DNA of 64,000 nucleotides from Malacoraja senta (Eukaryota). Both the position numbers and the translations under genes were made by a program. Shown one piece after another: positions 1 to 13,318 of this stretch; within the stretch, counting starts at the first letter, position 1, and each line of letters opens with the position of its first letter. The stretch spans positions 100,688,001-100,752,000 of the forward strand of contig CM075978.1 in NCBI GenBank assembly GCA_038087875.1, in the 5' to 3' direction. The notes below the pieces were generated by a model. It did no database searches. It was given only the letters and a program-made list of their open reading frames with translations, and was not told the origin of the DNA.

Positions 1-870
1 TACGACTGTGTGTAGTGTCGTACTTGCAATATTATATCAAGGTCACCAACAGCCTCAGAGGTTCGGAGTCAGCATTATTTATTACTCACAAAAAGCCACA
101 TATGAAAGTGTCGGTTCAGACCATTTCAACGTGGTTGAAACAGGTTTTGGTTTGTGCAGTAGACACTGACATTTTTAAATATCACTCTACCAGGGCGGCA
201 TCAACGTCAGCAGCGAGGGCAATGGACGTCCCTCTCGACCATATCCTCGTGGCTGCAGGATGGTCAAGTGAACTAACATTTCAACAATTTTAGAACAAGC
301 CGCTTACCGAACCGGGGGTATTCGCCCATTCTGTTTTAAGTTCTGTTTATATTCTGTTTCATAGCTTCCCCCTGGGAGAGAGGGGTCATTGTTGTTTTCT
401 TTGTAAACTAAACCATTATCAAATTCAAATCAATGTCATGGTTCATATGAATTGGTTATTATTCTCTCATCCTGAGTCAATTGCTGCAGTGAGACGCCTG
501 GATTCGTATCTACGGCATGAAATCACAGAGCTTTGAAATCTTCACGGAATCACTCACGTGACTCCGAAGTAAAATTGTAAGATTAAACGAGAACTTACCA
601 GTTTGAAGTTTGATCTTTATTTTATGAGGAGTTGCGATGAGTGATTACGTGCCCACCGCTCCCAACCCTCATATCACAAAGGTCATCTGGTAGTTCTAGG
701 TTTCTAATCTTACCATGTTACTTCAATTACTGTTATCTGTGATTTCACACCGCTGCTTTGAAGATTGATACGCATGCGGACTGGCGGGTTCTTCACGTAA
801 TCACTCATCGCAACTCCTCATAAAATAAAGATCAAACTTCAAACTGGTAAGTTCTCGTTTAATCTTACTA
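1..870 (+). mobile_element. 3' end of a DIRS1-like tyrosine-recombinase retrotransposon
   Basis: ORF 15-293 has YR motifs (HSTRAASTS, AAGWSSELTFQQF). It is followed by a 75-bp perfect inverted repeat (577-651 vs 794-868), as expected for the DIRS internal complementary region and right terminal repeat. Confidence 0.8.
15..293 (+). pseudogene. DIRS tyrosine recombinase C-terminal fragment; the codon expected for the catalytic Tyr is TAG
   Basis: The frame reads ...GWSSELTFQQF-TAG-NKP, where DIRS YRs have F-Y-x-K. Confidence 0.7.
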
Positions 871-925
871 TTATACACACACACACACACACACAAATCT
901 ACATACAAGATCAGACTTTTAATAG

Positions 926-1095
926 TAACGCCCCTGTCTGACTTAGAAAACCTGAATGGAAACCTCTGGTGACCTTGCGCCCCACCCAAGGTTTTCATGA
1001 GTCGCCATAGGTTTTGGTCACTCGCCTGGGAAGCCTCGACCGAAGCGTGAGCTGCATCTACCGACCAAAGATCCTACAGGATCTTTGCTACCGAC

Positions 1096-1133
<38 letters not shown>

Positions 1134-1620
1134 TCGCAAAGGTGGGGGCCAGGGGCAGCGGAGGAGCGCTGCCTGCGCGATGAAGAGGAAGGTAAACGGC
1201 TGCCACAGAGTCCGGTAAGTCCTTTAGAGAGCGCAGGAGGGGGGATAGAAGCGGAGAGAGAAGGGGAAGAGAAGGGAAGAGAAGGGGAGAGAGAAGGGGA
1301 GAGTAAGGGAGAGAAGGGGAGAGAATGGGGAGGGGGGGAGAAGGGGAGAGAAGGGGAGAGAAGGGCGGAGAAGGAGTGGAGACAGTTTTAAGAAGCTTAA
1401 TAAATTTAGCGGGCATTTTACCTTCCGGCGGATCTTCTAGGTCCTGAAAACTCCAATGACCCAATCAAAATGGCCGGTCAGCGAAGGAGATTGCATTCGA
1501 CTGCCTGTAAGTAAATAGCGACCCCACTCCACTGGCTTCGACCAAACGGCAACCTATTTTTAGTCGAGAATGTTTGTTGAAATAATCGAAGGAACATAGA
1601 AGAAGCATCGACCACGCGAA
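926..1620. mobile_element. Probable non-autonomous DNA element (PIF/Harbinger-like MITE remnant) with internal (AC)n and GA-rich tracts
   Basis: The left end taacgcccctgtctgac resembles the terminal repeat of the MITE at 63600. No matching right TIR was found. Confidence 0.3.
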
Positions 1621-1629
1621 AACGATTTT

Positions 1630-1960
1630 CCTCTCTCACCCTCTCTCAACCTCTCTCCCCCTCTCTTCCCCCCTCTCTACCCCGCTCTCCCCCCTCCTTC
1701 CCTCCCCCCTCCCCATTCTCTACCCCTCTCTCTCCCACCCTCTCCACGCCCTCTCTATCTGCCTCTACCCCTCTCTCTCTGACCCTCTCTCTCTCTGCCT
1801 CTCTGTCTCTGTCTCTGCCCCTCTCTCTTAGTCTCTGCCCCCTCTCTCTCTGCCATCTCTCTCTAACCCCCCCTCCCTCTTCCTCTTTGTGCCTCTGCCC
1901 TCTCTGTGCCTCTGCGCTCTCTGTTCCTCTGTCCTCTATGTCTCTACCCCCGTCCCTGTC
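1630..1960. repeat. CT-rich low-complexity tract
   Basis: (CT)n / CTCTGT / CCCT degenerate runs seen directly. Confidence 0.9.
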
Positions 1961-2276
1961 TAGCCGCGCCTGCGAGTTGGGGGCTATGCGTGATAGGGCG
2001 GGGGAATGGGGTAAAAGGAGCAAATGAATAATATTAGTATAATATCAAGGGGGTGGTTAGTGTGTGTGTGTGTGGGGGTGGTTAGTGTGTGATTGTGTGG
2101 GGGTTGTCAGTGTGTGTATGACGCCACAGGCCGCCCCCCGCTCTCCCCCCCGCTCTTCCCCCCACCCCCCCCCCCCCCCCGCTTGGTCTAAATATAAAAT
2201 CGTCCTTAGTGTATGTAGGAAAGTGTTAATGTGCTGAGATTGTTGGACGGTGCAGACTCGGTGTATCTCTATACAT

Positions 2277-2460
2277 CAAACCAAAAGTCAATTAACCTAC
2301 AAATCCTTCTTTGGAATGTAGGAAGAAACCAGAGCACTCCGAGGAAACCCATGCGGTCACAGGGAGAATGTGCAAACTCCACATAGACAGAACACAAGAT
2401 TAGGATTGAACCCCGGAGTTCTGATGCTGTGCGGCAACAGCTCTACCTGTCACCGTGCTG
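2277..2460 (-). mobile_element. HE1-like tRNA-derived SINE (partial)
   Basis: Reverse complement of the SINE body seen at 20603-20915. Confidence 0.75.
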
Positions 2461-2809
2461 ACCTGTAATAATTAACTTCCTCATCCCCCCCCCCCCCTGT
2501 TAAAACAACGGGACATTGCTTGAATCAATCCTGCAGCCAGAGAATTAAAACATTATGGACAGGTTCTTCATGTATTTTTATTTTGCTGCATTCAACATTT
2601 AGCACATTGAACATTGCTAAACTACTCTGTACTTCCTCTTTATTGTGCAATGGTACACACTCTTTCTACTTGACCACAACATAATTATAATCATAATCAT
2701 ATTTTATTAGCCAAGTATGTTTTGCAACATATATGAGGAATTTAATTTGCCATACAGTCAGACCAATAAAAAGCAACAGAACGCACAAAATACATTTTAA
2801 CATGAACAT

Positions 2810-3000
2810 ACAGTTCATTGGCTATATTTAAGAGGGAGTTAGATGTGGCCCTTGAGGCTAAAGGGATCAGGGGGTATGGAGAGAAGGCAGGTACGGGATA
2901 CTGAGTTGGATGATCAGCCATGATCATATTGAATGGCGGTGCAGGCTCGAAGGGCCGAATGGCCTACTCCTGCACCTATTTTCTATGTATCTATGTATCC
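2810..3000 (+). mobile_element. CR1 LINE 3' end fragment
   Basis: Near-identical to 6300-6483, with a ctatgtat tail. Confidence 0.9.
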
Positions 3001-3119
3001 ACCTTAGTGACTCCTCCGCATTCCTCACTGCGATGGAAGGCAAAAAAAGTTCAATCTCTCCTTTCTTTTACTGCCTGTGCCACGCGACAGTGAGAGTAGG
3101 AATGGAGCGAGGTGGAGGA

Positions 3120-6100
3120 TAAATGCGTGGCTGAAGGACTGGTGCAGTGGGCAGGGATTCAAGTTTCTGGATCATTGGGACCTCTTTTGGGGAAGGTGTG
3201 ACCTGTACAAAAAGGACAGGTAGCACTTGAACCCGAGGGGGACCAATATCCTGGCGGGGAGATTTGCAAAGGTTACAGGGGAGACTTTAAACTAGAACGG
3301 TTGGGGGGAGGGACTCAAATAGAGAAAGCTTGTAGACAGTGTGTGAGGCAGGAGGCAGAGAAGGGAAGCACTCAGACCCAACAGGTAGGGGGGAAAGAAG
3401 AAAAAAATAATAAACAGAGAATAAGAGGTGGTGGGTTTCTTAAATGTGTGAGCAGAGAGACAGAGAGGTGTAAAATGAGGGTAGAAGCAATAGGTAACAA
3501 GGTGAAAAGTAAACATGGCAGGCAGACAAATCCTGGGCAAAAATCAAAAAGGGCCACTTTTCAACATAATTGTATAAGGGGTAAGAGCGTTGTAAAAACA
3601 AGCCTGAAGGCTTTGTGTCTCAATGCAAGGAGCATTCGTAATAAGGTGGATGTTGAATGTGCAGAAAGCTATTAATGATTATGATATAGTTGGGATCACG
3701 GAGACATGGCTCCAGGGTGACCAAGGCCGGGGGCTGAACATCCAGGGATATTCAATATTCAGGAGGGATAGACAGAAAGGAAAAGGAGGTGGGGTAGCGT
3801 TGCTGGTTAGAGAGGAGATTAACGCAATGGAAATGAAGGATATTAGCTTGGAGGATGTGGAATCGATATGGGTAGAGCTACGAAACACTAAGGGGAAGAA
3901 AACGCTAGTGGGTGTTGTGTACAGGCCACCTAACAATAGTAGTGGAGTCGGGGATGGCATCAAACAGGAAATTAGAAATGCGTGCAACAAAGGTAAAACA
4001 GTTATAATGGGTGACTTCAATCTACATATAGATTGGGGGAATCAAATTGGCAGGGGTGCTGAGGAAGCGGATTTCTTGGAATGTATGCGGGATAGTTTTC
4101 TAAACCAACATGTAGAGGAACCAACGAGACTGGGTATTGAGTAATGAGGAAGGGTTAGTTAGCAGTCTTGTTGTGCGTGGCCCCTTGGGCAAGAGTGACC
4201 ATAATATGGTTGAGTTCTTCATTAGGATGTAGAGTGAATGTTAATTCAGAAACAAGGGTTCTGAACTTAAAGAAAGGTAACTTTGAGGGTATGAAACGTG
4301 AATTGGCCAAGATTGACTGGCAATTGTTTCTTAAAGGGTTGACGGTGGATATGCAATGGAAGGCATTTAAAGACTGCATGGATGAACTACAACAATTGTT
4401 CATCCCAGTTTGGCAAAAGAATAAATCAGGGAAGGTAGTGCATCCGTGGATAACAAGGGAAATCAGGGATAGTATCAAAACAAAAGATGAAGCGTACAAA
4501 TTAGCAAGAAAAAGCAGCCTACCAGAGGACTGGGAGTAATTCAGAGTCCAGCAGAGGAGGACAAAGGGTGTAATTAGGAAAGGGAAAATAGATTATGAAA
4601 GAAAACTGGCAGGGAACATAAAAACTGACTGCAAAAGTTTTTATAGATATGTGAAGAGAAAGAGATTAGTTTAAACAAATGTAGGTCCCTTGCAGTCAGA
4701 AACAGGTGAATTGATCATGGGGAACAAGGACATGGCAGACCAATTGAATAACTACTTTGGTTCTGTCTTCACTAAGGAAGACATAAATAATCTGCCGGAA
4801 ATAGCAGGGGACCGCGGGTCAAATGAGATAGAGGAACTGAGCGAAATCCAGGTTAGCCGGGAAGTGGTGTTAGGTAAATTGAATGGATTAAACGCCGATA
4901 AATCCCCAGGGCCAGATAGGCTGCATCCCAGAGTACTTAAGGAAGTAGCCCCAGAAATAGTGGATGCATTAGTGATAATTTTTCAAAACTCCTTAGATTC
5001 TGGAGTAGTTCCTGAGGATTGGAGGGTAGCTAATGTAACCCCCCTTTTTAAAAAGGGAGGGAGAGAGAAAATGGGGAATTACAGACCAGTTAGTCTAACA
5101 TCGGTAGTGGGGAAACTGCTAGAGTCAGTTATTAAAGATGGGATAGCAGCACATTTGGAAAGTGGTGAAATCATTGGACAAAGTCAGCATGGATTTATGA
5201 AAGGTAAATCATGTCTGACGAATCTTATAGAATTTTTCGAGGATGTAACTAGTAGAGTGGATGAGGGAGAACCAGTGGATGTGTTATATCTGGACTTTCA
5301 GAAGGCTTTTGACAAGGTCTCACATAAGAGATTAGTATACAAACTTAAAGCACACGGTATTGGGGGTTCAGTATTGATTTGGATAGAGAACTGGCTGGCA
5401 GACAGGAAGCAAAGAGTAGGAGTAAACTGGTCCTTTTCAGAATGGCAGGCTGTGATTAGTGGGGTACCGCAAGGCTCAGTGCTGGGACCCCAGCTATTTA
5501 CAATATATATTAATGATTTGGACGAGGGAATTGAATGCAACATCTCCAAGTTTGCGGATGACACGAAGCTGGGGGGCAGTGTTAGCTGTGAGGAGGATGC
5601 TAGGAGGCTGCAAGGTGACTTGGATAGGCTGGGTGAGTGGGCAAATGTTTGGCAGATGCAGTATAATGTGGATAAATGTGAGATTATCCATTTTGGTGGC
5701 AAAAACAGGAAATTAGACTATTATCTGTATGGTGGCCAATTAGGAAAAGGGGAGATGCAACGAGACCTTGGTGTCATGGTACACCAGTCATTGAAAGTGG
5801 GCATGCAGGTGCAGCAGGCAGTGAAGAAAGCGAATGGTATGTTAGCATTCATAGCAAAAGGATTTGAGTATAGGAGCAGGGAGGTTCTAGTGCAGTTGTA
5901 CAGGGTCTTGGTGAGACCACACCTGGAGTATTGCGTACAGTTTTGGTCTAAAAATCTGAGGAAAGACATTCTTCCCATAGAGGGAGTACAGAGAAGGTTC
6001 ACCACACTGATTCCTGGGATGTCAGGACTTTCATATGAAGAAAGACTGGATAGACTCGGCTTGTACTCGCTAGAATTTAGAAGATTGAGGGGGGATCTTA

Positions 6101-6483
6101 TAGAAACTTACAAAATTCTTAAGGGGTTGGACAGGCTAGATGCAGGAAGATTGTTCCCGATGTTGGGGAAGTCCAGGACAAGGGGTCGCAGTTTAAGGAT
6201 TAAGGGGAAATCCTTTAGGACCGAGATGAGAAAAACATTTTTCACACAGAGAGTGGTGAATCTCTGGAACTCTCTGCCACAGAAGGTAGTTGAGGCCAGT
6301 TCATTGGCTATATTTAAGAGAGAGTTAGATGTGGCCCTTGTGGCTAAAGGGATCAGGGGGTATGGAGAGATGGCAGGTACAGGATACTGAGTTGGATGAT
6401 CAGCCATGATCATATTGAATGGCGGTGCAGGCTCGAAGGGCCGAATGGCCTACTCCTGCACCTATTTTCTATGTTTCTATGTT
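3120..6483 (+). mobile_element. CR1 (HER1-like) LINE, 5'-truncated: ORF1 C-terminus, ORF2 endonuclease + RT, 3' UTR with (ctatgttt) tail
   Basis: APE motifs (ITETWL, MGDFN) at 3623-4144 and RT motifs ([34 protein letters not shown]) at 4690-6390. Frameshifts and stops lie upstream of 4690. Confidence 0.95.
4690..6390 (+). CDS. CR1 ORF2 reverse transcriptase domain (566-aa open segment of a disrupted ORF2)
   Basis: Canonical non-LTR RT motifs. The upstream endonuclease part is in other frames. Confidence 0.9.
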   Translation: MQSETGELIMGNKDMADQLNNYFGSVFTKEDINNLPEIAGDRGSNEIEELSEIQVSREVVLGKLNGLNADKSPGPDRLHPRVLKEVAPEIVDALVIIFQNSLDSGVVPEDWRVANVTPLFKKGGREKMGNYRPVSLTSVVGKLLESVIKDGIAAHLESGEIIGQSQHGFMKGKSCLTNLIEFFEDVTSRVDEGEPVDVLYLDFQKAFDKVSHKRLVYKLKAHGIGGSVLIWIENWLADRKQRVGVNWSFSEWQAVISGVPQGSVLGPQLFTIYINDLDEGIECNISKFADDTKLGGSVSCEEDARRLQGDLDRLGEWANVWQMQYNVDKCEIIHFGGKNRKLDYYLYGGQLGKGEMQRDLGVMVHQSLKVGMQVQQAVKKANGMLAFIAKGFEYRSREVLVQLYRVLVRPHLEYCVQFWSKNLRKDILPIEGVQRRFTTLIPGMSGLSYEERLDRLGLYSLEFRRLRGDLIETYKILKGLDRLDAGRLFPMLGKSRTRGRSLRIKGKSFRTEMRKTFFTQRVVNLWNSLPQKVVEASSLAIFKRELDVALVAKGIRGYGEMAGTGY

Positions 6484-7789
6484 AACTCACTGAACCCTTA
6501 ACTCACTGAACCCTCAACTCACAGAACCCTTAACCTGAAAGCAGAAATGCAAACCTGGGGTTGCACCCAATCAGCTGCTTCCTCTGGTCCTCTTCCACCA
6601 ATCAGAGGCTTCCACCAGACCCCTTCTCTGGAAGTGTGGTCATGGCTGATCATCCCCAATCAGTACCCCGTTTCTGCTTTCTCCCCATATCCCCTGACTC
6701 CGCTATCTTTAAGAGCCCTATCTAGTCTTGATCCACTGCAATTCACCTACCACTACAACAGGTTCACAGCAGACGCCATTTGCCTGGCTCTGCAACACCT
6801 GGTTAACAAGGACACCTCAATAGTGCTTTATTTGTCACATATGCAACAGCTCAGAGAAATTCCTCTTGCACATATTACACATGCGGGCGCCGACATTAAT
6901 GGCGCTATTATGTCCAGTCGGCCCCCACGCTCGATGCACTGGAGCTTCATTCCTCTCCTCTCCTTTCCTTCTCTGGCCAGCTTTGTGTCCTGAGGGTACC
7001 TCCTGCAGCCAACCTTGAAGGCACTGGAGGCATTACCCCGGTTCACCCTCCTACACCGGTCCTTGCCCCTTGCGTCCGACTTCTCCAGCTCCCTCCTGGT
7101 TACGTTGTTCGCCAAGCCTCTACTGAACCTACACCAGACTCCTATTATTATTCACCATAGCTTCACCTTGAACACCATAAGTCCAGCCAAATGAGAGAGC
7201 GTGGGTCTCTGATGATGCTGGCTCCCTTTTTGAGGCAGCGACTCCTGTAGATCCTTTGATGGTAGAGAAGTCAATACCCGTGATGGACTGTGCAGTGTTC
7301 ACCACTTTTTACATTCTTATTTATTCCTGGATGTTTGAGTTCCACTACCAGGTCGTGATGCATCCAGTCAATGTGCTCTCCAAACTCCTGAACTGAGGAG
7401 TCAGTACCCACCTCTACCTTTGGATCCTTGACTTCCTGACCCATAGACCACAATCAGTCAGGATAGACAACAAATACATACCGAAGTGCAGAATATAAAA
7501 CATATTATATCATTACAATAGTCCAAGGTCTACAATGGGGTTAGTTGAAAGATCTGGACTATATCCAAGCTGATCGGAGGACCAGATTGGAGGACCAGTC
7601 TGAGTAGAAGCTGTTTCTGAATCTGGTGATACCTGCTTAATATTCTCTGCAATAAATACCAAGGGTGGAAAAGGGCCTTGATTGTGTTGGCTACTTTCTC
7701 GAGGCAATGTGAAATGTGGATGGAGTCATTGGGGAACCATGTTGGGGAACGGCTGTTAAGCAGCAGCTGTCCGTTTAATTCACTTTTTC

Positions 7790-8710
7790 AAAATAGTTTT
7801 AGTGTGTCCAGTGTCTCGTCCGTTGGAGTAATCTACTTTTAAATGTAGGGTGAATGGGGGTAACTTTATTCTAGGTCCCTACCTGGTCGGTGAGGCAGCT
7901 TTTTCTCCGGGCTGCCCCGTCGACCCGTCCTCGTGGCCTACCAGCGGGCCTGGAGCGCCGTTTCCTGACGGGGACTGCCCAGCACCTTCAGCTTCGGTTG
8001 GCGGTACAGCGCTGGAGCGCTATCGCGGAGCAGAGCGGGCGATGCCCTGCCTGGGTCGCCGCGCTGGACCGACGCGCTGGAGCTCCGGTATGCGGTGACG
8101 GCCGAGCTCAACACCTCCGGGCTGTGGGACTGCGGAGTGGCCAGCCGCGGGCGGCGGTGCCGACTCTAACATCGGGAGCCTCGGAGCTCCAAATCGGCGC
8201 GGCCTTGTCGGCTTCAGGTGCTACGGACTCCGGTAGGAAACCGGCCATTCCAGACGCTGCGAGGACTCTCCCGACGCCGGGGCAACTGCACCCGGCGAGA
8301 ACGGCCAGGAACATCGGGCCTCCGTAGAGGCAACTGTGGAGGCCTCAATAGGCCTGACTTTGGGGAGAACTGGGGTTGGAGACTGGACATTGTGCCTTCC
8401 CCCACAGTGGTAACCATTGTGGGGGGATGATTTTGTGTAGTGTTAAGTGTCCATGTCCAACATGGCGGTCGGAAGGGAGAGTGTACGCTGGCGCGGTTTG
8501 GCTGCCGCTGCTCTCCCTTCACATTGTGTTTCTGAATTTTGTTGTTGTCTTTTTTTGGATCGAATTTCTGTTTTTAATTTCTGTATTGGTGATGTCTTTA
8601 TAACTTATTTTCCTCTGATTATATGTTTCTTTGTTAAATTTTGTAAGGTGTCCTTGAGACTTTTGTATAGGCACCCTTAAATAAAATCTGTTATTATTAT
8701 TATTATTCAT
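7790..8710 (+). mobile_element. GC-rich non-autonomous LINE-related element with an L2/Rex-like 3' end and (ATT)n tail
   Basis: Ends ...aaataaaatctg(tta)n. The CpG-rich body has no credible ORF. Confidence 0.5.
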
Positions 8711-10749
8711 TGGTGGGGATGTTTGTCCATGTGATGGACTGGGATACATCCACAACCTCCAGAAATTCCTTTCAGCACTTTGTGCCTTGTCCCAAAATGA
8801 CACCTATCCGTGTTCTCCAGAAATGCTGCCTGACCAGTTGAGTTACTCCTGTGTCTTTTTTGGCAAACCAGTATCTACATCTGAGGTTATGAACACCTAT
8901 CCTTACAACACTTATGTCTTACTTTCTCCTTAAATTTGACCTCCCAAAGTAGAACACCATTCACTTGCTCAGATTAAACTGCAACTGTCATTTCTCCACC
9001 TATTTCTGTATTTCACTGTATATTTTGACAACCTTCCTTACTGTCCACAACTCCACCAATGTTGGTGTTGTCTGCAAACTTACTTACCTAGCCATCTACA
9101 TTTACGTCCAGGTTATGCTTACATATGCTTCCTCTTTCTTTTGGACCCAATTTTCGACCTCCTTCGTCATCCAAAGTTCCCTTCCTCGCCAACTTGTCCC
9201 AAGGTCCAGATTCATTCTCATTCATAACCTCATAACATCATAAGCTTTAAGATAGCTATGAATAAAGACAGGTCTGGACCTTGGGGGTAGATATTAAATT
9301 GTAGTACAGCAAATTACAACATTATTAGGTAGCAACTAGCAAAAGTAAATCGGGAGCAATGTTTAAGAAACAATTAGACATGTACATGGATGCCAGAAGG
9401 TCCCATATGATTCCATGACTATGGATAGGGCAGGTTTAGAGGGATATGGGCCAAATGCAGGCAGATGGAACTAGTGTAGATTGGGCATATTGGTTGGTGT
9501 GGGCAAGTTGGGCCGAAGGGCCTGTTTCCATATTGTATGACTATATGATATGATACGATAGAACTTTATTCATACCCAGAGGGAAATTGGTCTGTCAACA
9601 GTCACAACACAGGTACAGGAAAACTTGAAATTAAAATTAAATTAAAATATAAGTGACTGTTGTCTGGCTGCCATGTGCACAGTGCTTTAACCGGAATAAA
9701 CAAACAAACAAACAAACACAGGGTTATCTCCTGGGCAGAGGATTCTAAAACTAGAGTGCTCCCCCTCACCCACACTGGGTCCTTTGTTCTCCCACCGTCC
9801 CTCATGGCGGTCATCCCACGCCGGGTCATCCATTGTTCTTCTTGGTGGTCCCCCACGCCAGGTCCTCCATTGTCTTCCCCTCCCACTCGCACGCTCATCG
9901 ATCGCTGATCGCATGACGATCACGAAGCCCCACCACCGCCGAGGCCCCACTGCCCCCAAGGCTCCCGTTGCTGCTGAGGCTCACACCGCCCCAGGCTCCT
10001 TTGGCCCAGACAGGCCTTGCTGCCCGGGTTATCCGCAGTCCCCTGGGAGGCATGTGCAAGTCGGGCCCCTGGGCGAGTCGGGCCTACCGGGGTACGTTCC
10101 GGTCGGCGGTGTGGTTGTTCGGCGGTTGGATCAGGCCTGTACGGCTCCCTGGGACTCTATTGACTCTATGACTCTATTGTTATTGGGTAAGTTCACATCT
10201 GACATGCGGGGGCCTATTAAAGACCAAATGATCAAGAGTTCAAAACCGGCATGTTCTAGTCAGGAGGAGGGACATGGTTGTCAAGGTAGGGTACATTGGA
10301 TGGCGATAAATGTCAGTCGCATGGCTAGGACCAAATACCAGTACAAGTTCCAGTATGGTCACTTTTCGAATTTGACTACCCACACACTGTTCAAGAAAGC
10401 TTTTTGGATTGAATCTAACAAACCCTGCCCTAACTATGCCTCTAGCGCAAAGGAAGTCTGAGTTAATATTGGGGAAGTTAAAAATCGCTCATTTTGACAA
10501 CCCTGATAGTTTTATAGTTTCCTGTAATCCTGTTTATATATTTGTTCTTCTATTTCCTGCTGGTTTTTGGAGGGCCCATTATATCATCCCGTCAGCATGA
10601 TTGTGCCTTTATTTATTGTGAACTCTACCCGCTGTGAATAAACTACCCACAGTGGATTAATCCTCTAGTATGTCCTCTCCAAGTCCCACTGTGAACTTCT
10701 CCCTAATCAGTAATGCATTTCCTCCACCTCACAGCAAAACTTCCAGCTT

Positions 10750-11260
10750 GATCAGGAACCATCAGCACAGGAGCACCTCAAGGCTGGGTGTTCAGCCCCG
10801 TACTCTGTACCCATTACTATGTGGCCGGACACAGTTCCAACTCCATCTACAAATTCGCCGACGACACCACCGTAGTTGAACAAATTATGGATGATGATGA
10901 GTCAGAGTATTGGGGGGAGATCGATCAACTGACCAAATGGTGCCAAGAAAACAACCTTTAAACAGACCCACATCACCTTGGCCATACTCTCATCTCCCTG
11001 TACCATCAGGAAGCAGGTACAGGAGCCTGAAGGCTGTTAGCTCCAAGTTACCACCCTGTACACCCCTACTTCAGCACCTCACTATGGACTATTATGATTG
11101 CTCCATGTAATTTGGTGGGTTTTTGCACTGCCATAGCCCCATTTATTTAGGATAACATAATTGATAGTGCATTTATTTCTTGTTGTAGTTGTGTGTCGGA
11201 ATGTGTCGGAAGCTGCAGCAAGTAAGAATTTCACTGTTGCAGTTCATTTCTGGATTCTTG
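10750..11260 (+). mobile_element. Rex1/Babar LINE fragment
   Basis: KFADDTTV-type RT region and an LPSG-R-YRS-like C-terminal motif near 10995. Confidence 0.7.
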
Positions 11261-11769
11261 ACTCCTGGTTAAGAAGGTCTACTATATACTTGCTGTTGTT
11301 GACCAGGGCACTGAGTGTAAAAGCTGGCAAGTCATGTTGCAGCTGCATGAAACTTTGGTTGGGCAACATTTGGGAGAAGAGGAGGGAAGAGACTGCAGAC
11401 CTAAGACTTTTGCCTCCATCACAGTGAGGAGATGTTGGGTGGACTCACTGTGGTGGATGTTAATATGTGTTTATTGTTGTTTTATGTATGACTTGCAATT
11501 TTGTTCAGACTTCGGTCTGAATGACAATAAAGGGCTATCTAATCTAATTTAAAATTGTTTGTGCAGTTCTGGTCACCACATTACAGGAATGATGTGGTGG
11601 GTTTGAAGAAGTTGTAGAAGAGGTTTACCAGAATGCTGCCTGGGCATTAGTTATCTGGCAAGGTTGCATAACTAGTGGCGGCGCTGTTAACAGCAGCGGC
11701 TCGCCTGCAGTCCGTCTGTCTTTACTTTTTTTCTGTTGTTTTTTTGTCTTGTTTTGGTTATGTTTTGGT

Positions 11770-12690
11770 TAAGATAGGTGGTGTTGTGGATAATGAAGTA
11801 GATTTTCAAAGTCTACAGAGAGATTTAGGCCATTTGGAAGAGTGGGCTGAAAGATGGCAGATGGAGTTTAATGCTGACAAATGTGAGGTGCTGCATCTCG
11901 GCAGGACAAATCAAAATAGGACGTACACGGTAAATGGTAGCGAATTGAGGAATGCAGTTGAACAGAGGGATCTAGGAATAACTGTGCATAGTTCCCTGAA
12001 GGTGGAATCTCATGTAGATAGGGTGGTAAAGAAAGCTTTTGGTGTGCTGGCCTTTATAAATCAGAGCATTGAATATAGAAGTTGGGATTTAATGTTAAAA
12101 TTGTACAAGGCATTGGTGAGGCCAATTCTGGAGTATGGAGTACAATTTTGGTCGCCTAATTATAGGAAGGATGTCAACAAAATAGAGAGAGTACAGAGGA
12201 GATTTACTAGAATGTTGCCTGGGTTTCAGCAACTAAGTTACAGAGAAAGGTTGAACAAGTTAGGTCTTTATTCTTTGGAGCGCAGAAGGTTAAGAGGGAA
12301 CTTGATAGAGGTCTTGAAAATTATGAGCGGGTTAGACAGAGTTGACGTGGATAAGCTTTTCCCATTGAGAGTAGGGAAGATTCAAACAAGGGGACATGAC
12401 TTGAGAATTAAGGGACAGAAGTTTAGGGGTAACATTAGGGGGAACTTCTTTACTCAGAGAGTGGTAGCTGTGTGGAATGAGCTTCCAGTGGAAGTGGTGG
12501 AGGCAGGTTCGATGTTATCCTTTAAAAATAGATTGGATGGGTATATGGACGGGAAAGGAATGGAGGGTTATGGTCTGAGTGCAGGTAGATGGGACTAGGG
12601 GGAAGTATTTATTTTTAATTTAACTTAAAACTTCAAGCGCCGAGATGGCCTGTTTCCGTGCTGTTATGGTTATATGGTTATAGTTTGTTG
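11770..12690 (+). mobile_element. CR1 LINE 3' fragment (second subfamily)
   Basis: ORF 11675-12598 encodes the CR1 RT C-terminus (LVRPILEYGVQFWSP, FFTQRVV). Confidence 0.9.
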
Positions 12691-13290
12691 GGTTGTGTTA
12701 GGGGGGGTGAAACATGTTCTCTGTCTCTTCCATCGGGGGAATGCGACTTTTTCGTGTCGTATCCCCCTTCTCTGCTGCCTTCCGTGAAGCCAATTTTTTA
12801 TCCAGTTGCTTAACTCTTCCTGGATCCCATATAATCTAAATTTCCAGAGCAGTTTACCATGAAGAACCTAATCAAAACCTAACCTGAAGTTCATATAGAC
12901 AACGTCTATGTAGAAATCGGGAACTGCAGATGCTGGTTTAGGAAGGAAATACACAAAATGCTGAAGTAACAATTATGGCTTGCCCTCAAAAATCTTTTTG
13001 GTTACTTCTTCAAAAATTTCAACTCAACTCAATTTTTATATATTTTACTTCTAACTTCAGGTAACTTCGATAAATACTCCCCACTCCCTCCCCCCCTTAC
13101 ACCAAAAGTCCTTCAACAGTTCGCAACCATGTATCTCTTTTGTGCTCACACCTGCTTCTATCTTTCGCCTTTATCCAACAACCTGCCTATCAGGGAAACC
13201 TCTCGCCTGAGGTCATCTGTTACCGGCTGTTATTTGTCCAGCCCCCTCTTCTCTCTTCTACTTTTTTTCTGCCTCCCCCCTGCAAACAGT

Positions 13291-13318
13291 CTGAAGAAGG
13301 GTCCCGACCTGAAACGTC
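13291..13318 (+). ncRNA. Minimal type-I hammerhead-ribozyme-like core in a Penelope-derived repeat
   Basis: CTGAAGA-A-GGGTC-CC-GACCT-GAAAC-GTC, i.e. CUGANGA / stem II / GAAA / GUC triplet. Confidence 0.5.

Noticed and set aside
1014-2023. ORFs of 125-148 aa rich in E/G/R or L/S/P
   Set aside because: They are translations of GA/CT microsatellite-like tracts.
5298-6413. Antisense and shifted ORFs overlapping the CR1 RT (similar ones at 25012, 29786, 57037, 58319)
   Set aside because: They are shadows of CR1 coding sequence and recur in every copy.
7850-8522. Overlapping GC-rich ORFs or a CpG-island gene
   Set aside because: They lie inside a repeat with a LINE-type tail, with no recognisable domain or splice structure.
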